Shown piece by piece: positions 11,086 to 19,879 of a DNA stretch of 64,000 nt. The position numbers were made by a program, and so were the translations under genes. Location: the NCBI GenBank assembly GCA_965215125.1, contig OZ244052.1:320001-384000 (forward strand), in the 5' to 3' direction. Under the pieces are notes generated by a model. It was not told the origin of the DNA. It saw only the letters and a list, made by a program, of their open reading frames with translations, and did no database searches. The first letter of the stretch is position 1. Each line of letters starts with the position of its first letter. Source of the DNA: an uncultured candidatus Porisulfidus sp. (GTDB lineage: Bacteria; Pseudomonadota; Gammaproteobacteria; Poriferisulfidales; Oxydemutatoraceae).

Positions 11086-12894
11086 CCCTAATTTCTCAAT
11101 AGAGCATGAAAATTGCATGTGATGGATAATTTACTGCTAAATTATCAGGGCAATCGCCTGAACCCGAAACTGAATGCCACATCATTGCTCGGTGACGGGA
11201 GATAAACTCCTATTGAGAGCTAAATGAAGCATCAAAGTACTCTAATCTCTAGTATTAGGGTATGCTGGGGCATGGCATCTACTTTGATTGATGCCTTATG
11301 AGTAATGAAGAGATAAGGTGGCTAGTTAATGTAGCAAGGGGTATCGCATATCCGGCAATAGCTTGCCGATAGTCTCATCAAGGTCTGAGAAAACTCCACT
11401 CAATAAACTACGATGCACTTCGTGTAGTTTGAGCTTCCATTGCCGACCCTGTCGTACAATCTTCGCCGCTAAACCAAACAGGCGGACCCTGAGCGTCGGG
11501 GCTCTAGAGGAACGAAACTGTTTAGCTAAGCCGGCACGCATCAGTGCGAACACATTGTAGGCTAAAGCACACACACAAACATACAGAGCATTGGCAGCAA
11601 AATCACTACACGGCAAACGACCGGCAACAAAATCCGATTTGAGTTCTTTAATGCGGTTTTCGGAATGCTCACCGCGTTGATTATACTCATGTACAATCTG
11701 TGCATCGTCTAGCCCGTTGATGTTAGTCGCAATCACACGATAGTCATACTTGTCGGGTTGATAGCGCAGCTGTTCAGACAGTCCCGACAACTCCGGTTGG
11801 TTAGACTGTCGGGCGGCTTCGCTCTTGAGGCGGCGTTGAATGACTAGCGTAAATACGAGGTTGCTGCGATACATCTGATAAGTGCAGCGAGCCACATAGT
11901 CGTGGGGTGATAAACTGCCGTCGCTTAATCGCAATGGTCGCCAGTCTGCTTCCGACAGACCAGCAATCGCTTGCGCTATTGACGGGTACATCGGCGCACG
12001 AATAACAAACTCTATTCCTTGAGCTACTAGATATTCAATGATTGCTTGTTGATACCCTGCCGAGTCGATACGCACCCGCTTGAGTATTACGCCACTCGGC
12101 AACTGTGCTTGGCAGGTCTTGATGAAACCGATATTATCAAAGTTCGGGGAGACATTGCCGTGGCGCAACTCAACGGCGATGACTTGACCCACTTCAGCTA
12201 GCGTGCCGACCATTAGCATGAAACCACGCTCCTTAAAACGCGTCCATTTAGCACCGACTTTCTCGGTCAAAATAGTAGTCGCATCAATATCCAAAGTCAC
12301 ATGCTTTACTTTCCACAACTTCAGGGTCTTGGCAATCACCGTGCGATTGAGCTGGTGAACTAAACCGGCACCGGCTTGACCATGGCGTTTCAACCACCTC
12401 GCCAAAGTGTCTGCTCCCGGTATCTTGTTAATACCTCCCAGCTTAAGCAACACCCTTTCGGTGTGTAAATGGCAGACATCCTCAAGGCATCTCGCACCCT
12501 CGTTGAGCATCAAGATGAAGCTCGTTAGAATGTCGCCATTGCGGTAGCCACGATTGCTACCCGGTGCCGCAAACACAGTGTCTGCTTGTGGCTTAAGTTG
12601 TAGTGCTTTGAGCACTTTAATCAATGCCAACAAACCACAACGAGAGGTCAATTTCTGGTGGGTGGTAGCTAGCGTATACGATGATTGATTGTGCTGATTT
12701 TTTTGTTTTGACATAATACCTCCGAAGTTATTAATTGGTAAATAGTAACAAAAAAATAAGGCGTTGTACAGAGTTTTATGTAAAAAATTAGTAATAATTA
12801 TGTTTCACCTAATGGGTGAATTGGGAATATGCATGAGAGTGTTGCAACATAAGAGATTACGGACTTTTGCAGGTGGTCTATTGCGGAATTAGGG
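11086..12894 (-). mobile_element. IS1380-family insertion sequence (1809 bp) with imperfect terminal inverted repeats and 5-bp target duplication TGGCA
   Basis: Left end is CCCTAATTTCTCAATAGAGC; the reverse complement of the right end is CCCTAATTCCGCAATAGACC. TGGCA flanks both sides (11081-11085 and 12895-12899). Confidence 0.9.
11326..12714 (-). CDS. IS1380-family DDE transposase
   Basis: LTSRCGL N-terminus, TLDIDAT, RIDSAGY, YNQRGEHSENRIKELK, FAANA..ALAYN and LRVRLF..AAKIVR motifs. ORF is intact. Confidence 0.9.
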   Translation of the reverse strand: MSKQKNQHNQSSYTLATTHQKLTSRCGLLALIKVLKALQLKPQADTVFAAPGSNRGYRNGDILTSFILMLNEGARCLEDVCHLHTERVLLKLGGINKIPGADTLARWLKRHGQAGAGLVHQLNRTVIAKTLKLWKVKHVTLDIDATTILTEKVGAKWTRFKERGFMLMVGTLAEVGQVIAVELRHGNVSPNFDNIGFIKTCQAQLPSGVILKRVRIDSAGYQQAIIEYLVAQGIEFVIRAPMYPSIAQAIAGLSEADWRPLRLSDGSLSPHDYVARCTYQMYRSNLVFTLVIQRRLKSEAARQSNQPELSGLSEQLRYQPDKYDYRVIATNINGLDDAQIVHEYNQRGEHSENRIKELKSDFVAGRLPCSDFAANALYVCVCALAYNVFALMRAGLAKQFRSSRAPTLRVRLFGLAAKIVRQGRQWKLKLHEVHRSLLSGVFSDLDETIGKLLPDMRYPLLH

Positions 12895-13155
12895 TGGCAG
12901 GCGTAGCCTGACGGGGTGGTTATTCCCCTCCTGTGGAGGGATGGCAGGCGCAGCCTGACGGGGTGGTTATTCCCCTCCTGTGGAGGGATGGCAGGCGCAG
13001 CCTGACAGGGTGGTTATTCCCCTCCTGTGGAGGGATGGCAGGCGCAGCCTGACGGGGTGGTTATTCCCCTCCTGTGGAGGGATGGCAGGCGCAGCCTGAC
13101 AGGGTGGTTATTCCCCTCCTGTGGAGGGATGGCAGGCGCAGCCTGACGGGGTGGT

Positions 13156-13180
13156 TATTCCCCTCCTGTGGAGGGGAATA
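13156..13180. terminator. Perfect hairpin closing the 47-bp array; likely terminator for phoR
   Basis: TATTCCCCTCC-TGT-GGAGGGGAATA forms an 11-bp stem, 15 nt after the phoR stop codon. Confidence 0.5.
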
Positions 13181-13195
13181 AACCAGCACTTTACT

Positions 13196-14470
13196 TTAAG
13201 AACCTGCCCCTACTACCCTCGAGACGGGAAATCGGCACCTGAAAGTGCTTCCCTTGCCTAATTCGCTTTCTATTTCCAAAGTTGCTTGATGTCTATCCAA
13301 TACATGCTTGACTATAGATAAACCTAAACCGGTATTGCCTTTATTACCCGAGCGAGCCGAGTCCACCCGATAAAAACGTTTGCTTAGCTTCGGCAAATGA
13401 TATGCCTCTATACCGATACCCTTATCGGTCACCTCAAAATAAGCCCCTCGGTCGTCTCGTCTCCATATAATTTTTATATCGTCGGATTGCGAATGACCTC
13501 TTGCATTGTCAATAAGATTATAGAATACGCTGTGGAGTTCCGAAGCGCAGCCACGCAACTTAAAAGACTCTATCCGAGTATCAAAGCGGATTTGTTCGGT
13601 GCCTTTCTTTAAGGACTCCAGTATGGATTCCAGCATCTCGGGTACGTCAACGCTACTTTGCTCTCGCTCCTTTAATTCGGTATTTTCCAAATAGACTATG
13701 CTCAGCGTATCGTCCGCTAATACTTTCATTCGTTCAACCTGTTTTTGCATATTATCCAATATCTTTTGCAGAGTCTCGTCTTTGGTTTCTTCGCTCTTTT
13801 CTTTTAATATTTCCAAATAACCGTTGATCACAGTCAACGGAGAGCATAATTCGTGAGCCACGTTGGCGATTAATTCACGGTTGGTATTTTTCACTTCTAT
13901 AAAATGAGAAATATCACGTACCAACACACAAAGGTAACGCGCGCCGTAGGGCAGCAAACAGACGGCAATGGGCGGCTGTCTATCTTGCAATATGATTTCC
14001 TGTCCATAACATTTTTCATCCAGTGCATCTATAAAACTCGGAGCGCGCAGTGAATGACTTATATCGGTCGTGATATCTCGGTTTGTGCTCAGTTGCAATA
14101 ATACACTTGCTTGTTTGTTCATCCATTTAATACGATTGTCTTCCAGTAACACAAGACCGTAATCACCCTGCTCAATGTTTTGCAGTTCATTAACACTTAA
14201 CTCGGGTACTGCATTTCTATCGCTTAGATGTGTTTCAAGCGAAGTGTAGACGTTTTTCCATATACGATTTAATCCCGCAGACGGTACGGTTATTGATTGA
14301 TCGGAACACCATTTCTGCAAATAATACAACTGTAATAACTGTGTGAAAATAAATGCCAGTATCGCAAGTAGGAGAAATACCAAAAAATGTCCGAAAATAA
14401 TGCCACAGACTACGGCAAGCAATACATAAGGTATCAGTGCCGATACGTTATTTTGTATAAATCGCTTCAC
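13196..14470 (-). CDS. phoR: Phosphate regulon sensor histidine kinase
   Basis: N-terminal TM region, H-box ANVAHELCSPLTVINGYLE, N-box NLIDNA, G1 DKGIGI, RFYRVDSARS, G2 GNTGLGLSIVKH. Lies downstream of phoB. Confidence 0.88.
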   Translation of the reverse strand: MKRFIQNNVSALIPYVLLAVVCGIIFGHFLVFLLLAILAFIFTQLLQLYYLQKWCSDQSITVPSAGLNRIWKNVYTSLETHLSDRNAVPELSVNELQNIEQGDYGLVLLEDNRIKWMNKQASVLLQLSTNRDITTDISHSLRAPSFIDALDEKCYGQEIILQDRQPPIAVCLLPYGARYLCVLVRDISHFIEVKNTNRELIANVAHELCSPLTVINGYLEILKEKSEETKDETLQKILDNMQKQVERMKVLADDTLSIVYLENTELKEREQSSVDVPEMLESILESLKKGTEQIRFDTRIESFKLRGCASELHSVFYNLIDNARGHSQSDDIKIIWRRDDRGAYFEVTDKGIGIEAYHLPKLSKRFYRVDSARSGNKGNTGLGLSIVKHVLDRHQATLEIESELGKGSTFRCRFPVSRVVGAGS

Positions 14471-14478
14471 GCCCCTAT

Positions 14479-15171
14479 TTATCTCTTAGGTACGAAACGA
14501 TAACCCACTCCTCTAACCGTTTCTATCGCCTCTTCCGCCCGATAAGTCTTTAGAATATTTCGTAATCTCTTGATATGAACATCGACGGTTCGCTCTTCTA
14601 TATATCTATCTCTATCCCAGACACGGGCCAATATTTTAGAACGCGATAAAACCTGATCGTGATGAATCATCATAAAATACAATAGCTTAAATTCGGTTGC
14701 ACTCAAAAAAGCTTCTTTGTCATTGATCGTAAACCGATATTTCATCGGATCAATCGTATAAGCCCCTAAAGTAATCTTCTTTAGTTCCTTGTCGGGCTTG
14801 GCGCGCCTCAACAGTGCCTTGATCCTAGCAAGCAATTCTCGTTTGGAAAACGGTTTGGTTATATAATCGTCGCATCCGATCTCCAATGCTTTAACTTTAT
14901 CGTTCTCTTCGCTTTTGGCGGTTAGCATAATAATCGGAATATGGGCAGTTTCCGACAACCTGCGCAGATAACGGGTGAAATCGATGCCGTCGGTTTTCGG
15001 CATCATCCAATCAACCAAAATCAGATCGGGCATGGCACGATGTATTTTCTGAATCGCAAGTTCGGCAGTCAAGGCCTGTTCGGCTTGGTAACCCTCGTTT
15101 TTAAGCATCAGGCAGGTCATTTCACAAATAGCAGGGTCGTCATCCACTATTAAAATTTGCGTCAGGTTCAC
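14479..15171 (-). CDS. phoB: Phosphate regulon response regulator (OmpR/PhoB family)
   Basis: ILIVDDD, DLILVDWMMP, IIMLTAKSEENDKV, DDYITKPFS, IEERTVDVHIKRLR and TVRGVGYRF motifs. Confidence 0.9.
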   Translation of the reverse strand: MNLTQILIVDDDPAICEMTCLMLKNEGYQAEQALTAELAIQKIHRAMPDLILVDWMMPKTDGIDFTRYLRRLSETAHIPIIMLTAKSEENDKVKALEIGCDDYITKPFSKRELLARIKALLRRAKPDKELKKITLGAYTIDPMKYRFTINDKEAFLSATEFKLLYFMMIHHDQVLSRSKILARVWDRDRYIEERTVDVHIKRLRNILKTYRAEEAIETVRGVGYRFVPKR

Positions 15172-15175
15172 TGTT

Positions 15176-16171
15176 TTAGCATTTCTTAGCTAACAGTAGG
15201 GAAAAGACATCGTTGTTCGCCAATATATGATGTTCTATCTTAAACCCGCCTTCGTGCATTAAGTTGTTTAATTTTTTATCGTCGAATTTTCGGCTAATTT
15301 CGGTTAACATCACTTCCCCTTTGCGTAGCTTCATAGAACGTCCGAGCTTGGCAAAATAGATTACTTGGTCTTTCTCGGATACTAAGCGCATTTCTACACG
15401 GCTATAAGATTCGTTGAAAACGGCACTATACTTGAAATTATCACACACAAAGTCCGCATCCAGTTCTTGATTGAGCCTATCGAGCAAATTAAAGTTAAAA
15501 CGTTTGGTCACACCGTCGGAATCATCGTACGCAGCAGTTAATATATCGCGATCCTTAATACGATCCGCACCCAATAGCAAAACACCGTCATCACCCAATA
15601 AATCGCCGATCTCCCTCAAAAAATCGGTTGCTTCCTCGGAACTGAAATTACCTATGGTGCTACCCATGAATAGGGCTAAACGACAACCTTCGGGTAAGCG
15701 TATGTTGGTAAAGCCCGCATGATAATCACCCACATAAGCATTGATACGCAACCATGGATACGCAGCGAGTAACTCGTTGCTTAAGTCCTTGATTGCTTTA
15801 TAGCATATATCAATAGGCCAAAAGGTACAATGAATACCTTGTCGCTCACAAGCATCCAATAAAAATCGGCTTTTGGCTAATTTGCCGCAACCAAATTCGA
15901 CGATATGCTCGGGTTTAACTTCGGCAATTAAATAATCTGCTTTCTCCTGTAAGAGCTTATTTTCCGCTCGAGTCAGATAATAATCTTTGGAACTGCAAAT
16001 TTGCTCGAATAACTCGGAACCTTTATCGTTATATAGATATTTAGGCGGTAAGCTAAAAGCATTATTGGATAGACTCTCCATTATGTCTTCCTCCAATGTA
16101 TTCATCGGCTTTGTTGGTTTCAAATTATTACAAGTAAAACGATTTTCTTTATCTTTCAATAACTTATCCAT
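15176..16171 (-). CDS. egtD: L-histidine N-alpha-methyltransferase (ergothioneine biosynthesis)
   Basis: LPPKYLYNDKGSELFEQI, YYLTRAE, VEFGCG, GSTIGNF, AYDDSDGVT..FNFNLL and TEISRKF motifs of the EgtD family. Confidence 0.88.
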   Translation of the reverse strand: MDKLLKDKENRFTCNNLKPTKPMNTLEEDIMESLSNNAFSLPPKYLYNDKGSELFEQICSSKDYYLTRAENKLLQEKADYLIAEVKPEHIVEFGCGKLAKSRFLLDACERQGIHCTFWPIDICYKAIKDLSNELLAAYPWLRINAYVGDYHAGFTNIRLPEGCRLALFMGSTIGNFSSEEATDFLREIGDLLGDDGVLLLGADRIKDRDILTAAYDDSDGVTKRFNFNLLDRLNQELDADFVCDNFKYSAVFNESYSRVEMRLVSEKDQVIYFAKLGRSMKLRKGEVMLTEISRKFDDKKLNNLMHEGGFKIEHHILANNDVFSLLLAKKC

Positions 16172-16349
16172 ACTATTGTGTAACCTTCCCTAAATAATTC
16201 TAGTTTATAGATAAAATTCTTATATATAGTATAACAAATATATTTTTTACCGCTTATTCTAAGAAAATCTTGAAAAGTTTAACTCAAACCTCTGCTAACA
16301 CAATGTAGGTAAATCAACCATACCATAAATTCCGGCTAAACTTTCTGTT

Positions 16350-16533
16350 TTCACAAACAGCCGACGGGTAAGTTCACAAACAGCCGACGGGTAAGTTCAC
16401 AAACAGCCGACAGGTAAGTTCACAAACAGCCGACAGGTAAGTTCACAAACAGCCGACAGGTTGATTCACAAATAGCCGACAGGTAAAATAACAAATAGCC
16501 GAGGAGTAAATTCACAAACAGCCGAACCTTAAA
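16350..16533 (+). repeat. 8 x 23-bp direct tandem repeat (consensus TTCACAAACAGCCGACAGGTAAG)
   Basis: Units start at 16350, 16373, 16396, 16419, 16442, 16465, 16488 and 16511. The array ends about 10 bp before the ATG at 16544. Confidence 0.95.
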
Positions 16534-16543
16534 CTAAAAAATC

Positions 16544-17791
16544 ATGATAAAGAAAGCTATTTATCCGCGTCATATTGAACCGCGCCTGAAGGAAGCATTG
16601 AAAGATTCTCCTGTTGTTCTAATACAAGGATCGCGTCAATGTGGTAAAACTACGCTTGCTCAAGCAATAGAAAGATCGGCAGATTATAAATACCTAACTT
16701 TTGATGACGAAAACACTAGAATTCAAGCCGTTGAAGACCCTCTAAACTTTGTCAATTCTTTATCGGAACGAGTTATATTAGATGAAGCACAACGTGCACC
16801 GGAAATTTTCTCGTCAATAAAATTGTCGGTTGACCGAGACCGCACAGCAGGAAGATTTATCCTAACAGGTTCGGTCAATCTATTACAAACAATGCAGATA
16901 AAAGAGTCACTCGCGGGTCGTATGGATATACTTCGGCTACATCCTTTTTCACAAAATGAACTTCAACAAACTACACCCCAATTTCCCGACCTTCTATTTT
17001 CTCCCGATTTTTCTATTAGCCAGGACTTACCGAGTAAAAATCTATATATAGACCGTATCGTGACAGGTGGCTATCCGACGGCACTCAAACGATCCAAAAC
17101 AAGAAGACACAACTGGTATAGGACCTATATAGAAAGCATCGTAAATAGCGATGCAAGGATTATTTCCGGAATTCGCTCTATAGAAACATTACCAAGGTTA
17201 CTCGAAATAGCAGCGGGACGTACAGCTTGTCTACTAAACGTAAATAATCTAACATCATCCTTTCAGTTGGATAGGCTGACAATTGATAGCTACCTGATAC
17301 TGCTCGAAAAAATGTTTTTGATGGAAAGAATACCGGCATGGCATAGCAACCGAGCGAAACGACTGGTAAAAACACCTAAAATGCATCTATGCGATACAGG
17401 CATTGTCTGTGCTTTGCTCGATTTGAATGAAGCGGCACTTCTGGAGGATCGTATGTTATTCGGTCATATTCTTGAGACATTTGTTTTACAAGAATTAAAA
17501 AGACAAGCAAGCGCAAGCAATCGAAAGCACAGCTTTTATCATTTTAGAAATAGAGATGGTGAGGAGGTGGATATCGTTATACAACGCGGAACAAAATTGG
17601 CAGGTGTAGAAGTTAAAGCCTCCGGAACGATTAAAAAATCGGATTTTAACGGTCTACGCAAACTTAAAGAGGCAGCAGGAAAAAATTTCGCAAGTGGTAT
17701 CCTATTTTATAACGGTGATAGCGTCGTAAGCCATAGCGAATCTCTTTATGCGTTGCCGGTAAGAAAGTTATGGGAAATAACCGCCGATTGA
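16544..17791 (+). CDS. AAA_14 / DUF4143 (COG1373-type) ATPase with probable HTH and C-terminal PD-(D/E)xK nuclease-like domain
   Basis: Walker A GSRQCGKTT, Walker B VILDEAQ, FILTGS, ESLAGR, TGGYP, KRLVKTPK..DTG, and C-terminal EEVDIVI..GVEVK. Confidence 0.88.
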   Translation: MIKKAIYPRHIEPRLKEALKDSPVVLIQGSRQCGKTTLAQAIERSADYKYLTFDDENTRIQAVEDPLNFVNSLSERVILDEAQRAPEIFSSIKLSVDRDRTAGRFILTGSVNLLQTMQIKESLAGRMDILRLHPFSQNELQQTTPQFPDLLFSPDFSISQDLPSKNLYIDRIVTGGYPTALKRSKTRRHNWYRTYIESIVNSDARIISGIRSIETLPRLLEIAAGRTACLLNVNNLTSSFQLDRLTIDSYLILLEKMFLMERIPAWHSNRAKRLVKTPKMHLCDTGIVCALLDLNEAALLEDRMLFGHILETFVLQELKRQASASNRKHSFYHFRNRDGEEVDIVIQRGTKLAGVEVKASGTIKKSDFNGLRKLKEAAGKNFASGILFYNGDSVVSHSESLYALPVRKLWEITAD

Positions 17792-17835
17792 GCCGGTAGT
17801 TCAATCGGCATAACTCTATGCACAGCCTTAACATA
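17779..17835 (+). repeat. Dispersed hairpin (REP/MITE-like) element, copy 1
   Basis: AACCGCCGATTGAGCCGGTAGTTCAATCGGCATAACTCTATGCACAGCCTTAACATA is 47/57 identical to 30021-30077 (minus). It overlaps the ATPase stop codon. Confidence 0.75.
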
Positions 17836-17928
17836 AGAATATAAGTCGGATAAACTAAGGTTTATCCTTATAAGTATAAAACAGGTAATCTAAAAATTGG
17901 GTAACATCAATAAATACATCACCCGGTC

Positions 17929-18420
17929 TTACGGATGCTTCGGATTCTCATGATTTAACAACCATGCTTTGATACTCAAGTCTTGCTTGCCGTCGGTTCC
18001 GGTATAACCGCAGAGCGCACCGGACTGAGCAATCACTCTATGGCACGGGATAATAATCGGTATCGGATTAGCGGCACACGCACCGCCGATTGCTCGCGGA
18101 TGCGTGTTCAGCTTTTGCGCTATTTGCTTATAAGTTGCCGTACTTCCCGGTTTGATATTGGATAAGGCTTTCCACACTCGTTTTCTAAAGGAAGTCTGCT
18201 CGGACAATACGAGCGGAATCGTAAACCGGTTGTGCGGTCTATCAAAATAGCGCATCAATTGATTATATGCCAAACGACCTAAGCGAGTTTGAGGATACGC
18301 ATTTGTACGACACGAGGAATTGGAAAAAGATATAGTACCTAAACCTTGCTCTCGTATTTCTAGAACCAGTCCACCTATCGGTGTTTTTAGATATAACAAT
18401 TCCGCAACCGACTCTTTCAT
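17929..18420 (-). CDS. ogt: Methylated-DNA--protein-cysteine S-methyltransferase
   Basis: [22 protein letters not shown] active-site motif, plus TYKQIA and K..LL.HE. Confidence 0.92.
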   Translation of the reverse strand: MKESVAELLYLKTPIGGLVLEIREQGLGTISFSNSSCRTNAYPQTRLGRLAYNQLMRYFDRPHNRFTIPLVLSEQTSFRKRVWKALSNIKPGSTATYKQIAQKLNTHPRAIGGACAANPIPIIIPCHRVIAQSGALCGYTGTDGKQDLSIKAWLLNHENPKHP

Positions 18421-18445
18421 CGCCTATATCATGCGTAAAATTAAA

Positions 18446-18522
<77 letters not shown>

Positions 18523-18526
18523 ATAT

Positions 18527-18880
18527 TCATCGCATGCTTTTTAATATAGCTTGCAGTTCCTTAATAATTTCATCGAGCAAACGGTTGTTATAGTGTTTTT
18601 TGATGGCACCTTCGTCGCTGTTTATTTTCCGTTTGGCTCCGTCTATCGTATAACCTTCGTGCTTGAGCAGCGTATAAATCTTCTTTACTACCAGCAAGTC
18701 GTTCTTAGTATAAAAACGCCGACCACCACGTCTGACGGGTTTTAATTGTCTGAATATCTGTTCCCAGTAGCGTAATACATGCTGTTCTACACCACACCAT
18801 TCGCTGACATCGCCAATCGTGAAATAGTGTTTATCGGGTATCAGCGGATAGCGAGTCGGTTTTTTAGCCTCTTCCGTCAT
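18527..18880 (-). CDS. MerR-family transcriptional regulator (conserved ihfA-linked type)
   Basis: [30 protein letters not shown] and GYTIDGA motifs; conserved position between ihfA and tRNA-Pro. Confidence 0.9.
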   Translation of the reverse strand: MTEEAKKPTRYPLIPDKHYFTIGDVSEWCGVEQHVLRYWEQIFRQLKPVRRGGRRFYTKNDLLVVKKIYTLLKHEGYTIDGAKRKINSDEGAIKKHYNNRLLDEIIKELQAILKSMR

Positions 18881-19160
18881 TTGAAGCTATTCTGTTTTTT
18901 AATTTTAGCCCCGACCTGAATACAACGACCCGACGCGCAGAAATAACCGCCGGTTTTCCGGTCTTAGGATTACGCCCCATGCGCCGTTTCTTATTTCGTA
19001 GCAAAAAGTTTCCGAACCCCGATATTCTAAGGTCTTTGCCCTCTTCCAAAGTGCTAATAATCTCTTCAAAGAAGAGTTTAACGAACTCTTCCGACTCAAG
19101 CCTGTTAAACCCGAGCCTATCGATTAAATTCTGTGCTATATCAGCTTTAGTTATCGTCAT
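18864..19160 (-). CDS. ihfA: Integration host factor subunit alpha
   Basis: MTITKADI, ISGFGNF, GRNPKTG and ISARRVVVF motifs. Confidence 0.93.
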   Translation of the reverse strand: MTITKADIAQNLIDRLGFNRLESEEFVKLFFEEIISTLEEGKDLRISGFGNFLLRNKKRRMGRNPKTGKPAVISARRVVVFRSGLKLKNRIASNDGRG

Positions 19161-19248
19161 TACCTCTACCTATTCTGCTATAATTACTATCATATAATAA
19201 TAGTACTTACTAGAAGTATTTTATCAACTATATACCTTAAATGATACT

Positions 19249-19869
19249 ATGAACGATAAATTTATACAAAACTCTTTTGCTTCTTCTACAGGCATAGACT
19301 TCAGCCGGCGCGACCCCGACGACGGTGTAGATCCTTTATTTTATCAACGCTGGTCGCCGCGTTCTTTTAATAAAAAACCTATACCCGAGAAAACGCTTAA
19401 AACTATTTTCGATGCGGCGCGCTGGGCTCCTTCGTGTTACAACGACCAGCCGTGGTTATTCATCACATCCGACAGCGACGAAGATTTTGATTTTTTTCAT
19501 AACTTATTGACCGAATTCAATCAAACATGGGCACACCGAGCATCTCTGTTAGGTTTCATTGTTGCGCGTAAACATTTTGAACATAACGATAAACAAAATC
19601 AGTTGGCAAGTTTTGATTGCGGCGCGGCGTGGCTCGCGATGACTTTGCAAGCAAGGCTGTTAGGACTTTACACACACGGAATGGGTGGCATCAAACGCGA
19701 GGAAATCTATAAGGCTTTCGATTTAGACACGGCCAAGTTTGAAGTGATTTGCGGTTTTGCACTGGGTTATATAGACTTGGCGGATCAATTATCCGAAGAC
19801 CTTTCGGACACAGAGAAACCATCCGAGAGAAAGCCTTTAGAACAGATATGGCAACGCCGCCGTATTTAG
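19249..19869 (+). CDS. Nitroreductase family protein
   Basis: QRWSPRSF, AARWAPSCYNDQPW, FDCGAAW, THGMGG and RKPL motifs. Confidence 0.9.
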   Translation: MNDKFIQNSFASSTGIDFSRRDPDDGVDPLFYQRWSPRSFNKKPIPEKTLKTIFDAARWAPSCYNDQPWLFITSDSDEDFDFFHNLLTEFNQTWAHRASLLGFIVARKHFEHNDKQNQLASFDCGAAWLAMTLQARLLGLYTHGMGGIKREEIYKAFDLDTAKFEVICGFALGYIDLADQLSEDLSDTEKPSERKPLEQIWQRRRI

Positions 19870-19879
19870 GAAATCCGTT

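Larger units (their letters stand above)
11057..13184. repeat. 47-bp REP-like palindromic tandem array (7 unit starts; first unit split by IS1380)
   Basis: Unit GGTTATTCCCCTCCTGTGGAGGG(A/G)TGGCAGGCG(C/T)AGCCTGAC(G/A)GGGT starts at 11057 (interrupted), 12918, 12965, 13012, 13059, 13106 and 13153 (partial). Each unit contains two small hairpins and there are no unique spacers. Confidence 0.92.

Noticed and set aside
12895-13184. CRISPR array
   Set aside because: Units are contiguous near-identical 47-mers with no unique spacers, and there are no cas genes in the window.
16350-16533. CRISPR or mini-CRISPR array
   Set aside because: The 23-bp period leaves no spacer, and the variation is point drift rather than unique inserts.
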